From contig NMRA01000764.1 of NCBI GenBank assembly GCA_002633005.1, positions 95,499-159,498 of the forward strand: a DNA stretch of 64,000 nucleotides, in the 5' to 3' direction. Below are positions 1-12,800 of the stretch, in pieces. This DNA is from Phoronis australis (lineage: Eukaryota; Animalia; Phoronida). The first letter of the stretch is position 1. Each line of letters opens with the position of its first letter. A model generated the notes under the pieces. It had not been told where the DNA came from and did not search any database. It saw only the letters and a list, made by a program, of their open reading frames with translations. A program made the translations under genes and the position numbers.

Positions 1-129
1 TGAAATTTATACACAACATGTGTTTCGTAAATGGCTCAAAGCCTATTGAGTTTGTTAAAGTCGGAAACAGGATGACGCTGGGATGGCCATTTTTGTTTTT
101 TGTTTTTTTTGGTTGTGTCTGCCACCCGC

Positions 130-575
130 TTTTCTATCTCCAAAACTTTTGATGTTTTTCCATGAAAATTTTCATGTGTTCCTTTCATGGATGGGACGAC
201 TTGAGCAAACTTTCGGATGGATACGACTTCCGGTGTGCCCCCTAGTAGCAGCTTTATTTTTTCACATTTGTCTCTGTATCTTCAAAGGTCCTCATCGTAT
301 TTTCATAAAATTTGCAAATAGGTATCAATTAGTGAATGATGCTACCCTCCCATTTTCGTAAGGATTCAAGATATTTTACGCCTCCTAGTGGAATTTTTAC
401 TGCTTTCAGGGTTTGTTTTTGTCGTACGCCTCCACTCCCCTCGAAATCAACCAATTCACTCTAAAGATGATTGTGGAAATTGGCATACATGTTCCTACTG
501 TGAAGAAGATGGCTGACAATAATTTTCCAACGACTACTGTGACGACAGTTTTTTGCACCCACGGCTGTATCTCTT
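130..575 (+). mobile_element. Degenerate partial HINE-like unit
   Basis: Contains GTGTGCCCCCTAGTAG, CGCCTCCTAGTGG and GGCTGTATCTC, as in the 451-bp unit. Confidence 0.6.
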
Positions 576-863
576 AAACTTCCCTTCTTGAGTTATTAAG
601 ATTTTCTGATAACTGCATAGTCACCACATTCGGTGTCATGTGACTATTGCTACAGTTATCTTTCATGGTCACCAGGGTCATTGTTACCTATTGTAGTGTG
701 TAAGGGAGAAACTTGAGTCACTGAAAAGTTGATTGCATGTAAGGTGGTCAGGGAGAAGTCATCCAGTCTCCCATGCCTTCCAGCCACCAGTGTGTACAAC
801 AGTCCTGTCATTTGACAATCAAACTGGTGATGGCAGTGACAAACACTATTAGTTGTATTGCAG

Positions 864-3800
864 GCTGAACTGGAGGGTATTACTGCACCAGATGAAGAGG
901 ATGTCACAGTTGAAACTAGTGTCACTAATTGTACTAGTGTTATAGAGGAGCGCCTAACCATGTATGATACAGCAGTAGTTAATGCTAAAACTGCAGGAGA
1001 GAGCAGTAAAGTGAAAAGATATGAACGTTCCATCAAGGTATGTTCCTTGTTTCCTTGTTGAGACACTAGGGGTCAGGAAAGGTGAATGTTATAATTAGGT
1101 TTGTTCCTTGTTGAGACAGCTATGGCCAGCGCAGATGAATTGGTTTGTTCTCTGTTGAGACAGTTAGGGCCAGCACCGATGAATGTTACACCAAGGTGCT
1201 TTCCTTGTTGAGACACTAGGGACAGCGCAGATGAATTTTGCATCTTTGTTGAAACAACATAAACACTGATGAATGTCATATGAAGGTATGCTCCCTGAGG
1301 AGTCACTAGGGCCAGTGCATATGAAGGTATGCTCCCTGAGGAGTCACTAGGGCCAGTGCATATGGGAGACAGAGACAATAAAGTTGGTCAGTAATTACAT
1401 TGAAGATTGTTGTGTCGAGACAACCGATGAGTCTTTTGAACTTAATCAACAATTATAAAGTGCAGCATAAACTAGAACATTGTTGCTTTAACAATCAAAA
1501 CAATTATTCTCCGTGATTTTTTTTAATTTTTGCTCTAACAGAGATTGAATGAAGGTTAAAATTAATGTTGTTAAATGTCAATTTCATCAATGTATTTGGT
1601 CTATACTTTAAATTAACAGTTTTATATTTATTTTTGACTTGTGTGGTTGTTTGAAGTGAAAGCTGTTTAGATTATTTTCTATTAGTATTATTTTCCTCAT
1701 CAAAATTATTTGTTGAATGACTTGAAAGCCACAATGCACTTTTAAATTATTATGCTTGTGTAATTAGAAAACGGACAATTGCCGCACAAATAAAGAAGTT
1801 CGTGTTAACTCAACGTTTCATCTTATTCAACAAGACAACAAGTGTCAATTATCATTCAGCACAACACATCCGACAAAAGTAACATCTATAGGCATTGTAT
1901 GAGCAACAACCATCAAGCCAATTGAGTCAGTATTATTTGTAAAGAACATACTAAGGAATTCTTGTACATCAAGGAGTCATTGGCCATTCAGGATCAGCAT
2001 GCTACTGATTCTCTCAATAACATGCAGAGCTCAGTGACCCTGCAACTATGGTGATGACCCGCTCACTTTCCCTGTATCTCTCTCTCTCATTTCACCACAT
2101 GGATGTGACTTGACTGGTAATCGATACTTGTTGTCCTACTGTACATATCCTGATGATGTCTTGTTGAATAAGACGAAACGTTGAGTTAACATGAACTTCT
2201 TTATTTGTGCGCGGCAATTGTTCGTTTTGTAATCGAATTTGGGCCAAAGAATGATGGGATTAAGGTTGTGTAGAATCCTAGACAAATGTCCAAATTTGGC
2301 CAAAGTTCGGAACATCATGTCTCGGTGATGGTTTGTAGGATTTTATGAAACTTTCAGATACGTTTTGCAGGTAAGAAGACTTATGGCTACCAAATGGTTG
2401 GACTTGTATGATATTCATAAAAAGCTCTAAGTTGTTGATGATTGCAGATATTAAAAGATCAGTTAAAGAAAGCCAAGTCTGGTCAGCCTGTTGATGAGAA
2501 TGAGATCCCTCCTGCTGTTCATGTGGGTAAACCTGCACCAGGTGAGTACCTGCACCAGGTGAGTGTTAATGATGCAGATNNNNNNNNNNNNNNNNNNNNN
2601 NNNNNNNNNNNNNNNNNNNNNNNNNNNNNNNNNNNNNNNNNNNNNNNNNNNNNNNNNNNNNNNNNNNNNNNNNNNNNNNNNNNNNNNNNNNNNNNNNNNN
2701 NNNNNNNNNNNNNNNNNNNNNNNNNNNNNNNNNNNNNNNNNNNNNNNNNNNNNNNNNNNNNNNNNNNNNNNNNNNNNNNNNNNNNNNNNNNNNNNNNNNN
2801 NNNNNNNNNNNNNNNNNNNNNNNNNNNNNNNNNNNNNNNNNNNNNNNNNNNNNNNNNNNNNNNNNNNNNNNNNNNNNNNNCTGTAATCACCCTTCCACCA
2901 CCATCTCCAGCCACTGTAATAATACTTCCACCACCATCTCTAGCCCCTGTAACCTTCTATTCTCTTTGGCAGCACAAACAGCTCCACCACCATCTGTACC
3001 AGCCGTTAGTTCTGTACCAGCCGTTAGTTCAGTACCAGCCGATAGTTCTGTACAGCAGCCTACTCAAACACAACGTGCAGCGGATAAAGGTGATTATTTC
3101 TTCCATGTCTATAGCAACTACTCAACACCATACAATCCTTTCTCTCTCTGTTTGCTCATGCACTTCCAATAGTCACTTGGTCAGTTTTCCTTGTAGTAGT
3201 GAGAAGATTTAGTTGTTTATATTAGAACTGTGCAATCGCTCTGTTTCATTTTTTTCTGATTCCTTTTCCTTAGTCGGATTCCAAGTATTTTGATTCTTTC
3301 TTATCAGGATGCTGTGTCTTGTTATACTAAATTTACATTTCAGTATTAATATTTCTGAATAATTTTTTAATTATGTCAAAATGCTCACCCTAAAACTGCA
3401 GTAAGCTATTTATGGTAGTGGGTATCAGCCATTATTGTTATGGCTTGCAAACATGTCGCAACCTTTTTTCGTGGGATGTGAACGTAAATGCAGACAAATT
3501 TTCAAGACCGGTTTTTCCTATTTTATTACTTCAAATACAAAACTGAGTTTATAATTGGAACATAAATTTCTGTTTTGCATGTTATACGTATTATAAAAAA
3601 AGATAATTGCAGGCGGTCTGCCCTGGTACACGCAGGCCACGTATGTGGGCCCATTGCACTGATCACCTGGAAATATTTTTGTTCTTTATTAATATATAGT
3701 TAAAACCGAGCTGAGGAGCTCATATCTAGAAACCTGACTCAAGGGTCTAGCAGTGTGGCCCAGTGGGACTGGAACCCACGACCTCGAGTAAAGAAGGCAG

Positions 3801-6800
3801 GCACCATCACACTAGGCCACACTGCGACCTCATATATATATTAAGTACTTTATTCTTTTTCTTCAGCAGACACACAGACTCATTCTATGTTGACCAGTCG
3901 CCGTGATCAGTATAAAGAAGCAGCCTTACAAGCCAAACATGCGGGAGACATGGAGACAGCTAAATCACATGTCAGAATAGCCAAGGTAGGGTCAGAGTTC
4001 AAGTAACAGGTTTGAGTAAACAAATTAGGGCAACAGGTAAGGTCACATGCCAGTGTAGCCAAGGTCAAGTCAGAGGTCAGGTTACGTCAGTGGACCTAGG
4101 GTTGAGTCAGAGGTCACGTCACAGGTCAGAGTAGCAACTATGGCAGTCAGAGGTCAAGTCACATAGCCATAGCGGGGTCAGAGGTCATCTCACAAATTAA
4201 AGTAGTGAAAGTAAGGCCAGATTTCTTGTGAATTTGCTTAAAGATAAAGTCAGAAGTTAAGTAACTTGACTGTGTACCTATAGTATGGTCAGAGGTCAGA
4301 TTACATGTCACTGTAGCTAGCTTAAGGTCAGAGGCATGTCACATGTCAGAGTAGCAACTGAGGTAGTGAGCTAGCTTTATGAAGACTGTCGTCAAAATAC
4401 AGCTAGGTACCACTATGTGTATTTCTTCCGTAGACCCCGAAATTGCACACAGCCAGGGTAGCTCTGCTGGTCACCTCTCTGTGAAACTTACATCAACGTG
4501 TAAAGCTAAAGACCGGACGGGGTGCATGCAAAATCTGGGAATCAACCGACACTCACCTTGCCCGTTACAGCCATTTAAGTGAAAAACATTGCAATAAATG
4601 TCATTTTCTTGCGTAACTCTCCGCCTTTTCTAACAATGAAAAGTGTGTCGCCGTTTTGAAAAAGTACACTTGTGTCACGCGCACGCGCCATTTCCTAAAT
4701 TTTTGCGACATCTCTCGGGAGATGATGATAGCTTGGCAGCATCAAATTTCTTCTGAAATATGGTTTTTCGGTATCAAAATTCTAAAAACTTATAATGAAG
4801 TGAAACCAGTTCCAATAATTTGAACAGTTGATTGAAGAATCTCTGAAAAAATAAACTGGCCAATAGGTGACACAATATTTCATGGCGCCGAAAGCCGTCA
4901 CTAAAAATCGCTCCATAACTTTAGCAGCAGAAAAACGGTAGAACGCCATTTTTTCCAACTCCGTTAATTATTTTAGTTTACTCAAGGAAGAATGTCGCTA
5001 AGTTTGTGTCAAATTTTATCTTACCACTTTTTTACCCACATCAGTGCAGAGCTGTATATTTAGTATACAGCTTTGTTCCATGGCTACAACTGAGGCTGAG
5101 TTGGAAGTGAAATCCCATGTTACACTAGTATAAGTAAGGTCTGAGTTCAAGCCACATTTCATAAAAGTAAGGTCACATGTCTAGTTACATGTCAAGTCAC
5201 ATGTCAAATCACGTGTCAAGTCACATGTCAGATTGGTCAATAGAGGGTCTGAGGTCAAGGTGCACTTCTGAGTACCTAGTTTGTATTGTCATTATTGTAT
5301 GTAGTACACAATATGGTGGACAAGTAAGTTTTTCACCAGACAACAAAAGTTTTGAGCTGTTACTGATATGTAGAGAGTTTTGTAAATTAACTAGAAAAAT
5401 GGCTGTTTTAAATTTTTTAGTAATTTATTATTTCTTTGCCAAATTGAGGAATGTTCATTGCAGATAGATGAAGTGAGGTGCACTTAATTAATGCTGACTG
5501 ACCTCCAAGGTAACCATTCTCCACATATGACTGTTGTACTTGTCATATTTTTTATTTGCTCTCAAAGTAGTTTTTATTTCTATTTTGTGTAATTATGTTC
5601 TACTTGTTCTAGCAATTTGATACTGTTCTCCAAGCACTAGAAGAAGGCAAAGAGATTGATCTATCCCAAATGCCACCTCCACCATCAGCTGTCAGTAAGG
5701 GCCCCCGCTCACCCCCCAAAACAGAGAGAGCTTCTGCCCAGGCTAGTAGTGAAGTGCCTCAAAATCTGCCAGAATTCACAGAGCAGGGTACGTAGAAGTC
5801 TTGCACGCCTGATGGTGCAGTTCACTCCTGACAATATGGTGCACCTCTGATATTTAGGTGCACATCTGGTGGTGTGGCTCTTTTCATGTGGTGTTGGTGT
5901 TGGGTACCAGTGATCACATTTTGTTTATTAAAGTTGATAATATTCAAAGAAATGTCAGCACAAACTTTGAAGATAATCAAACAGAAACTTTGATTATTTT
6001 ACCACTGCTGTTTTTTCAAACTTTTATCTGTGAGGAAAGAATTCTTGCAAACACTGTTTCCTTCATCTTGTCCACACAGATGTTAGCATTGCCAGGAATA
6101 CTCAATTTTCTTTTGAACAATAATTGTCTTATGCAATTGGGAATGATGACACACAGAGTTACTATAAATGAAATGGTTCTCCTTTTTATGTGCCCTGCAC
6201 ATGTATGTCTGTTAGCACTTATTGTAGTCATCTCTGTCCGTATGGTGAATATTTGGGAAATTATGCAGACGCGTTCCTCTCGTGTGTGGGATATCTGGAG
6301 CCAAATTTGGGACGGTCTTGACAACTGTAGTGATCCCAATTGGCACTATCGGTTCTTATGTTAGCCTTTGTTCCTTCGGAGCTTTTTGACAGCTTTAATG
6401 AAATTTCGTTAATGGGTTTCTATTGAGGAGGTAAGAACACCTGCCCATTTTCAGATGTGTGCTGTGTCTCACAGAGGTCATTTTTATTCTTTCGGGGTCT
6501 CTAATGATCAGTTTGACAGATATGTCCCTATTGAGATGAGCATGGCTGACTTTAAGTTTTGAAACAGGCCATTTACTGTGGTGTGCCCTAGTGGTAAAAA
6601 GTTTCACGATCAATGTTCATGAAAGTTGGCGTATGTTTTACAGTTTAGGAGAGTGTCGCTGACTTTGATTTTGGGACGAGTCCGCGTGCTGTAACGTCAC
6701 CTAGTGGCAAGTTAGCTATTTCCGTGCACCTAAATTTCTGCAAAGTTCCTTTTTGGTGGAGGTTAATGAATGAAGTTTTCAACGAAGAAATGACTACCGA

Positions 6801-9800
6801 TTGCGTTCCCCTAGGGGCTCTTTTGATTACCTAGTGTCATCCACTTCCCTATATTTTAATGCACTTGAAGACTGACCATGACAGTTGGCTGCTCCGACTA
6901 CTGCGGGGTCCCCTAGTGGCAATTATGTTTTTTGTGCCTGCTTCAACATTACCAAGCTCCTTGACAGATCTATGTAAAGATTGTCAATATGTGTTCCAAT
7001 TTAGGATGGAATTGATGTTAATGTTCAAACAAATCTGTTTAGTGCTGTGCCCCCTATTGGCAATTTTTTTTTGGTATTCAGCTGTTACTTCACTGAAGTG
7101 GTTAAAAGTGCTTGAGCCATTTTTGAGTAATTAGAATTTATAATGTTCTATTATCTAATTTTCGTACAAATGTCATGGGTGCTCCTTTTTGTGGTAATGA
7201 ATTTTTTTTTTACTGTGATCTAATGGCTTGTTTGGTGTGAGCAGAATTCATTAGTAAGAAGATTCGCCCGCCAAGTTCCTGTTGACGTGCTTGGTGCCCT
7301 CTGGATGCTATTTTAAGTTTTACTATTTAATGGTACCTCTACTGGGAATGTTTTTATTGTCTTGTGTATGCGCTGTATGTGATGCACACAGTGGGAGAAT
7401 AACAATAGTCTGTATTGTGTGTGATGCAAACAGTGACTGCATATCAACACTGCTATGTGCAATGCACATGTTGAATGCATATCAACACTCTGCATTGTAT
7501 GTGATGCACACGGTGGGTGCATGTCAATTCTGAGGGTTCCTCTTGTTTCTGCCTGCAGTGGATTTCAAAAGATATTCAACATTTAGTCCTATAAAAGACC
7601 AGACAAATATTCTTTATTGCATGCTTTTGTAAGCTATAATAATTCTAGATAACAAATGTGTTAAATGTTGTGTGTTATCAAACGTTTTTCATGTCTGCTG
7701 TTAACATTGTGAATGAGCGTGACTGTTCTTGACATGATTCACTCAGCATGTGTGCTGTTAGTCAAGTGTAGGCATTATGGAGTACAATTGTGTTGTACAA
7801 CAACAATCAGACCATATCCTGCCGTTGTAGAACTGAAGGATAAGTTTAATGTCCCTGGTCCTCCCAAGACAGTGATGGAGGCATTGGAACAAAGAATGTC
7901 CAAGTACCAGCAAACTATGCAGTCTTCTGAAGGCAGCAAAGCAAGAAGATATGGAAGGATAGTTAAGGTTAGTAGTCTAAACAGAGTTATGATTGATCAA
8001 AGCCATCTCGGTGATTCACTTAGGGTGAGTGAGACTGGCCTGTACTTTAAGACCTGGATGCATGCAACCAACTCTACACTAAGCAATAATGCATGCCACC
8101 CCCCCATCAGTTAATATAGAAGGCACTCAATTCATGCCACCCTCTACCAGGTAATATAGAAGGCACTCAATGCATGCCACAGTTTTTCAATTAATGCAGA
8201 AGACACCTAATTCATGCCATCCTCCACCAAGCAATCAAGATGGCACTCGATGTATGTAATTCTTCACCAAGTGATATAGAAGGTACTCCATAGATGTAAA
8301 CCTTAACTACCATGTGATTCAACCTAAATGACTTGTTGTAAGTACTAGCCTATAATGTAATTTGCATTACGTGGCTTCCCTTTTATCATTGGTCGAGTTG
8401 AAGTTTGTTTGAGAATGACTAACCAGTGAAAAACATGCTTACCTGACTTAGCATACTAGGATATCAGCTGCTAAAGTAGGTTCAAAGACAAATGAATTTC
8501 AAGGAATTAGGCTGCATTTAGAAAATGAAAAGGGAATTTTCAGAGAACCTAGGCACCTACAACATTTTGGTTTATTTGAAATATCCCAAACCAAGATTTG
8601 CTATAAGCTCATTGACCGCACTTTTGGTTTAACAAGATATGAACCAATCTTTTGAGTGTTTCAGAAATTTGTGCAAGTTTTCTCGTGCATACAACAGATT
8701 TAGAATACGAGGGTAACAAATTTTGTACCAAACAGTTTGACAACTCAGACATGCACTATCAGTGAATCTTTCTTACCCAACTCATTGACCTAGATGAAAG
8801 CTATTTAGCTGTAGAGAGTTAAAAATTCAGAACATACATTCATTCATCAGATTTTATATCTTTCTTGCAGCAATATCAAGATGCCATCAAAGCTCACAAA
8901 GCAGGAAAACCATTTGATTATGAAGAATTACCTACACCCCCTGGTGAGTGGAATATTTACTCATTGTTTCTTGTTTTTTTTTTCTTTGTCTGAAAGTTAA
9001 AGTTGAATTTAAAAACTGCTCTAACTTGACCTTCTACACATGACTCTTATTGTCCTCAATTATTTACAAAATGATCAAAGAACAGGTGGTAATAGTCTCA
9101 CACATCACAGTCATGTTGTCAGGTGCTTATAGTCTCACACATCACAGTCATGTTTTCAGTCATAACTATAGGTCATGTGATGTGACTAATATATGGCGTG
9201 AAAGATTTGTTATACGATAGTCACAACAGATCAATGCTCTCATTCATGTACGATTTATTATAGGTGAGGTGTTGTGACCAATATATGGCATGTGAGATAG
9301 TAATAATTCATAGTCATAACAGATCAACTCTCTGATTGATGATACTTACTACCTTCAGGTCCCCCCCCTATACCTGGATAGTCACCTCTCTGATTCATGA
9401 TACCTATTACCTTCAGGTTTCCCCCCCTATACCTGGACAGTCACCTCCCTGATTCATGATACCTATTACCTTCAGGTTTCCCCCCTATACCTGGACAGTC
9501 ACCTCTCTGATTCATGATACCTATTACCTTCAGGTTTCCCCCCTATACCTGGACAGTCACCTCTCTGATTCATGATACCTGTTACCTTCAGGTTTCCCCC
9601 CTATACCTGGACAGTCACCTGCTAAACCAGCTCCTACTGCAAGTGCTCCCTCAACATCTACAGCTGCTGTGTCAACAGGAGGTCACACGTTGCCTCCTCC
9701 TAGGTCATCAGGTAGCCAGAAGACTGCAGCACCGCCTCGTGGTAGGTATAGTTACTAACGCATAGCAAGTGAATTAATGCACATCTGATGATGCCATGTA

Positions 9801-12800
9801 TAACACAAGTAAAACTCATTACTGTTTTACTGTAGCTAAGTTTGGTATTACTCTCGGTGAATTACTTGGTTTGAGAGAGTGGATATTCTGAGGCATCTCG
9901 TTGATGACTGGTCACATGACAGCTGGTGCGGAGATTTTGAATCATGTGCTTCAAGATTTGGGATCAACATTACGTCTCATAATTTAGCATGTGAAGGTTC
10001 TGTAAGTTGTAAATTAGTAATCATTGTCAGATGTGTTGGAAATAAAAGCACTGTGTTGCAAACGTATCCATCTTGCAGATCTTTATACAAAAATTCCTTA
10101 CAATGTAAAAGTATAGTCTTTAAAATGAATTTGTCCTGAGGACAATTAAGGACAATTTAGTCACCCTGTGACAAGTGTTTGTTTTGTACTAAATCCTAGT
10201 CTTGAATGCTTGTCTCGGGCAGTCGCCGTGTGACAAGTGTTTATTTTGTATGTAACTCCTAGTATATTCTCTGCTTTGTCTCGGGCAGTCGCCATGTGAC
10301 AAGTGTTTATTCTGTATGTAACTCCTAGTATTCTCTGCTTGTCTAGGACAGTCACCGTGTGACAAATGTTTTATCTCTATATAACTCCTGGTCTTTTATG
10401 CTTGTCTAGGCCAGCCGGCTAAGAAGAAGCCCCACTCTCTTCATGAGCAACAAGAACAGTTCCTTGTGCAGAGACAGAACCAGTTCAAGGCCGCAGCACT
10501 TCAGGCAAAAAAGTCAGGAAACTTACAGCAGGCAAAGACTTACTTGAGAATGGCAAAAGTAGGTTGACTATCCGTCATGCAACAGGGATTACCAGTATTC
10601 ACTTCATGCAACAGGGATTAGCACTATTCAAATATATTTAATTATTATACGATCGAAAATTCAGCAATATTTCAGATTAGCATTTTAATGTTTACTTGAG
10701 ATTTCTGTCACCTAAGTTGTTATTTTGTTATTTTTTTTTTAAATTTCTGCATCATGTCACGGCACTCGGACACAACTTGATTGAAACTAGTCTACCTCTA
10801 ATTGGTTCTGGATCAGTCAAATACACTTCTGAGATACATTCAAATTGTCTTTTGGTATAGTATAATATTATTAATAGTACTAGGTGTTCTCCAAGATCAT
10901 CCCATCGCATCAGAGGTTTGGTATATTGTTCACTCAGAAGAGCTCATTTTAAAATGTTTTTGAAAGAAATGTTAGTTGCCATAAAAGAAGTAAGCTCCTC
11001 ACCTATATTCTACTGTAATGTATTCATTGAAAAGTAAGTCACACTCTTTTATTGGTTTTGTTGTAAGGAAACGTGAGAGAGCACTGCTTGTCAATAGTCC
11101 AAGCCACCGATACATCTGTTTAGGTACCCCTCTGCAAGTAGTTCACATACCAATGACACACACTCATTGCTTCATTACAGGGATTTGATCCAATGATACA
11201 AGCTGCCCAGTCTGGTCTGCCTGTAGATCTCAGTAAAGTGAGTGTGGCCCATTTTTGATTTAATTTGTTGACTTTAACACAGGAATATACCCAGGTTTCA
11301 AAACCCTACTCGCCAACTGGGCGAGTGAGCCAGAAAATCTACTCGCCCAGCCCGAAGTTCAGTCGCCCAACCGATTGCGTTTGTTCTCACATACTTGCTG
11401 CCAGTGTAAAAAAATCGTTTTGTTTGTTGATGTCACCATTTATTAGAGCTACCATTTTCGCCCTAATAAGCGCCCACGGTGCTTAGAAAAATTCGTTTCG
11501 GAAGGGGAGGGCGCTTGTTGTAGCCTAAGGCGGTTGAAACTCAGTCTCCAAAACGGGTGAAATCGGAAGCCAGGATTCATCAAGTTTACGTGCTGAGACG
11601 TATCTGTAACCTATGACAGACTTTCTACAAAACTGTGGTGATTGTTATCAAACTTTGTTGTTAAATTAAGATCTTTAAAAAAAAATGTGATGAAATCCTA
11701 GCGCAAAAACTTGGTGACTGATGCGTCACTGCCTTGCGATCGTCGATAGGGCAACTTGAATTCTTGAGTAAAAATACAGTTTCAACTCATCAAATTACCT
11801 GAAATCCTCCTTACGTTTTCCAAATAGCGTCCCTAAGATTTTAAGTTCTTGTGGAGTCGGAATTAACTGCAGATTAATTCCAAATCTGTGCTAGATCGCA
11901 CCTCGCAACACGTTGAGAAAAATTCCAGACGAACACACATGTTGATGTCACGTGACATTTGTTTTGAAGTTTGTTTGCATGTGTGCGCCGAGTGAGCGAG
12001 TTCATTTGCCAGAGTAGCTGGCCCACATATATAAGCCCTAGCGCGTGCTTCGTGGCCACGTGCTCATTAATACTGGTCAAGTTTTGAGTCGCGGTTTTTA
12101 TTGTTTACTAAGTAATCTGGATTCCTGTTGAGGGAGAAGATCTGCATAGGACTGATGCAATACAATCCCACTGACCTGTACGCTGCGTCTGTTCTGAAAG
12201 GCCTGACCGTAGCGGGACTCGTTCCTCGCAAGAGCAGTACTGCGGAAGTTTGAAGTGTACAGCCATGGCTAAATATCATCATGGCGGCGAGGCTCGTGGT
12301 CTAGAAAATTCCGCGCAAAATGATTTTTCAGGACTGTCGGATATTATTGATAAATTGAAAACATTACTGTAGAATTTTAGAACTGTAGGTAAGGCATTTT
12401 TCGCATATTATGTACACGTTCATGGACTGGGCGCTTATTTTAGCCAAGTCTAAAAACGAGTGGGGGGCGCTTACAGGGACATGGGCACTTATTAGGACGA
12501 ATGTTATTATTTATAAATTAATTGTGGCTAAAATGCATAGTGCATTACAATAAAAAATCAGTTCCAAGAAATGGTATTTCTCTTGCTTTGAGCACATGGA
12601 CCAGTCTTCTGCCTTTCCCCCCTTTTTTTCCTTTTGGGCTAGTCCGCAAATTTCTTTGTGGAGGATCACACACTGTGATCTTTTGTCGACGAATGGGGTA
12701 AAGGGTGACATCTACTGAATCATTAGGATTGCACTGCGCTGATGTTTTTTACTGACAGAGCATCGACATACTGACCAAACTGAACCTTAAATTCATGATA

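Noticed and set aside
4400-5078. Possible further hairpin-ended element (AGCTGTATATTTAGTATACAGCT-TTGTT) interrupting a donor-derived repeat
   Set aside because: Only one copy is in the window and its 5' boundary cannot be defined, so I could not classify it.
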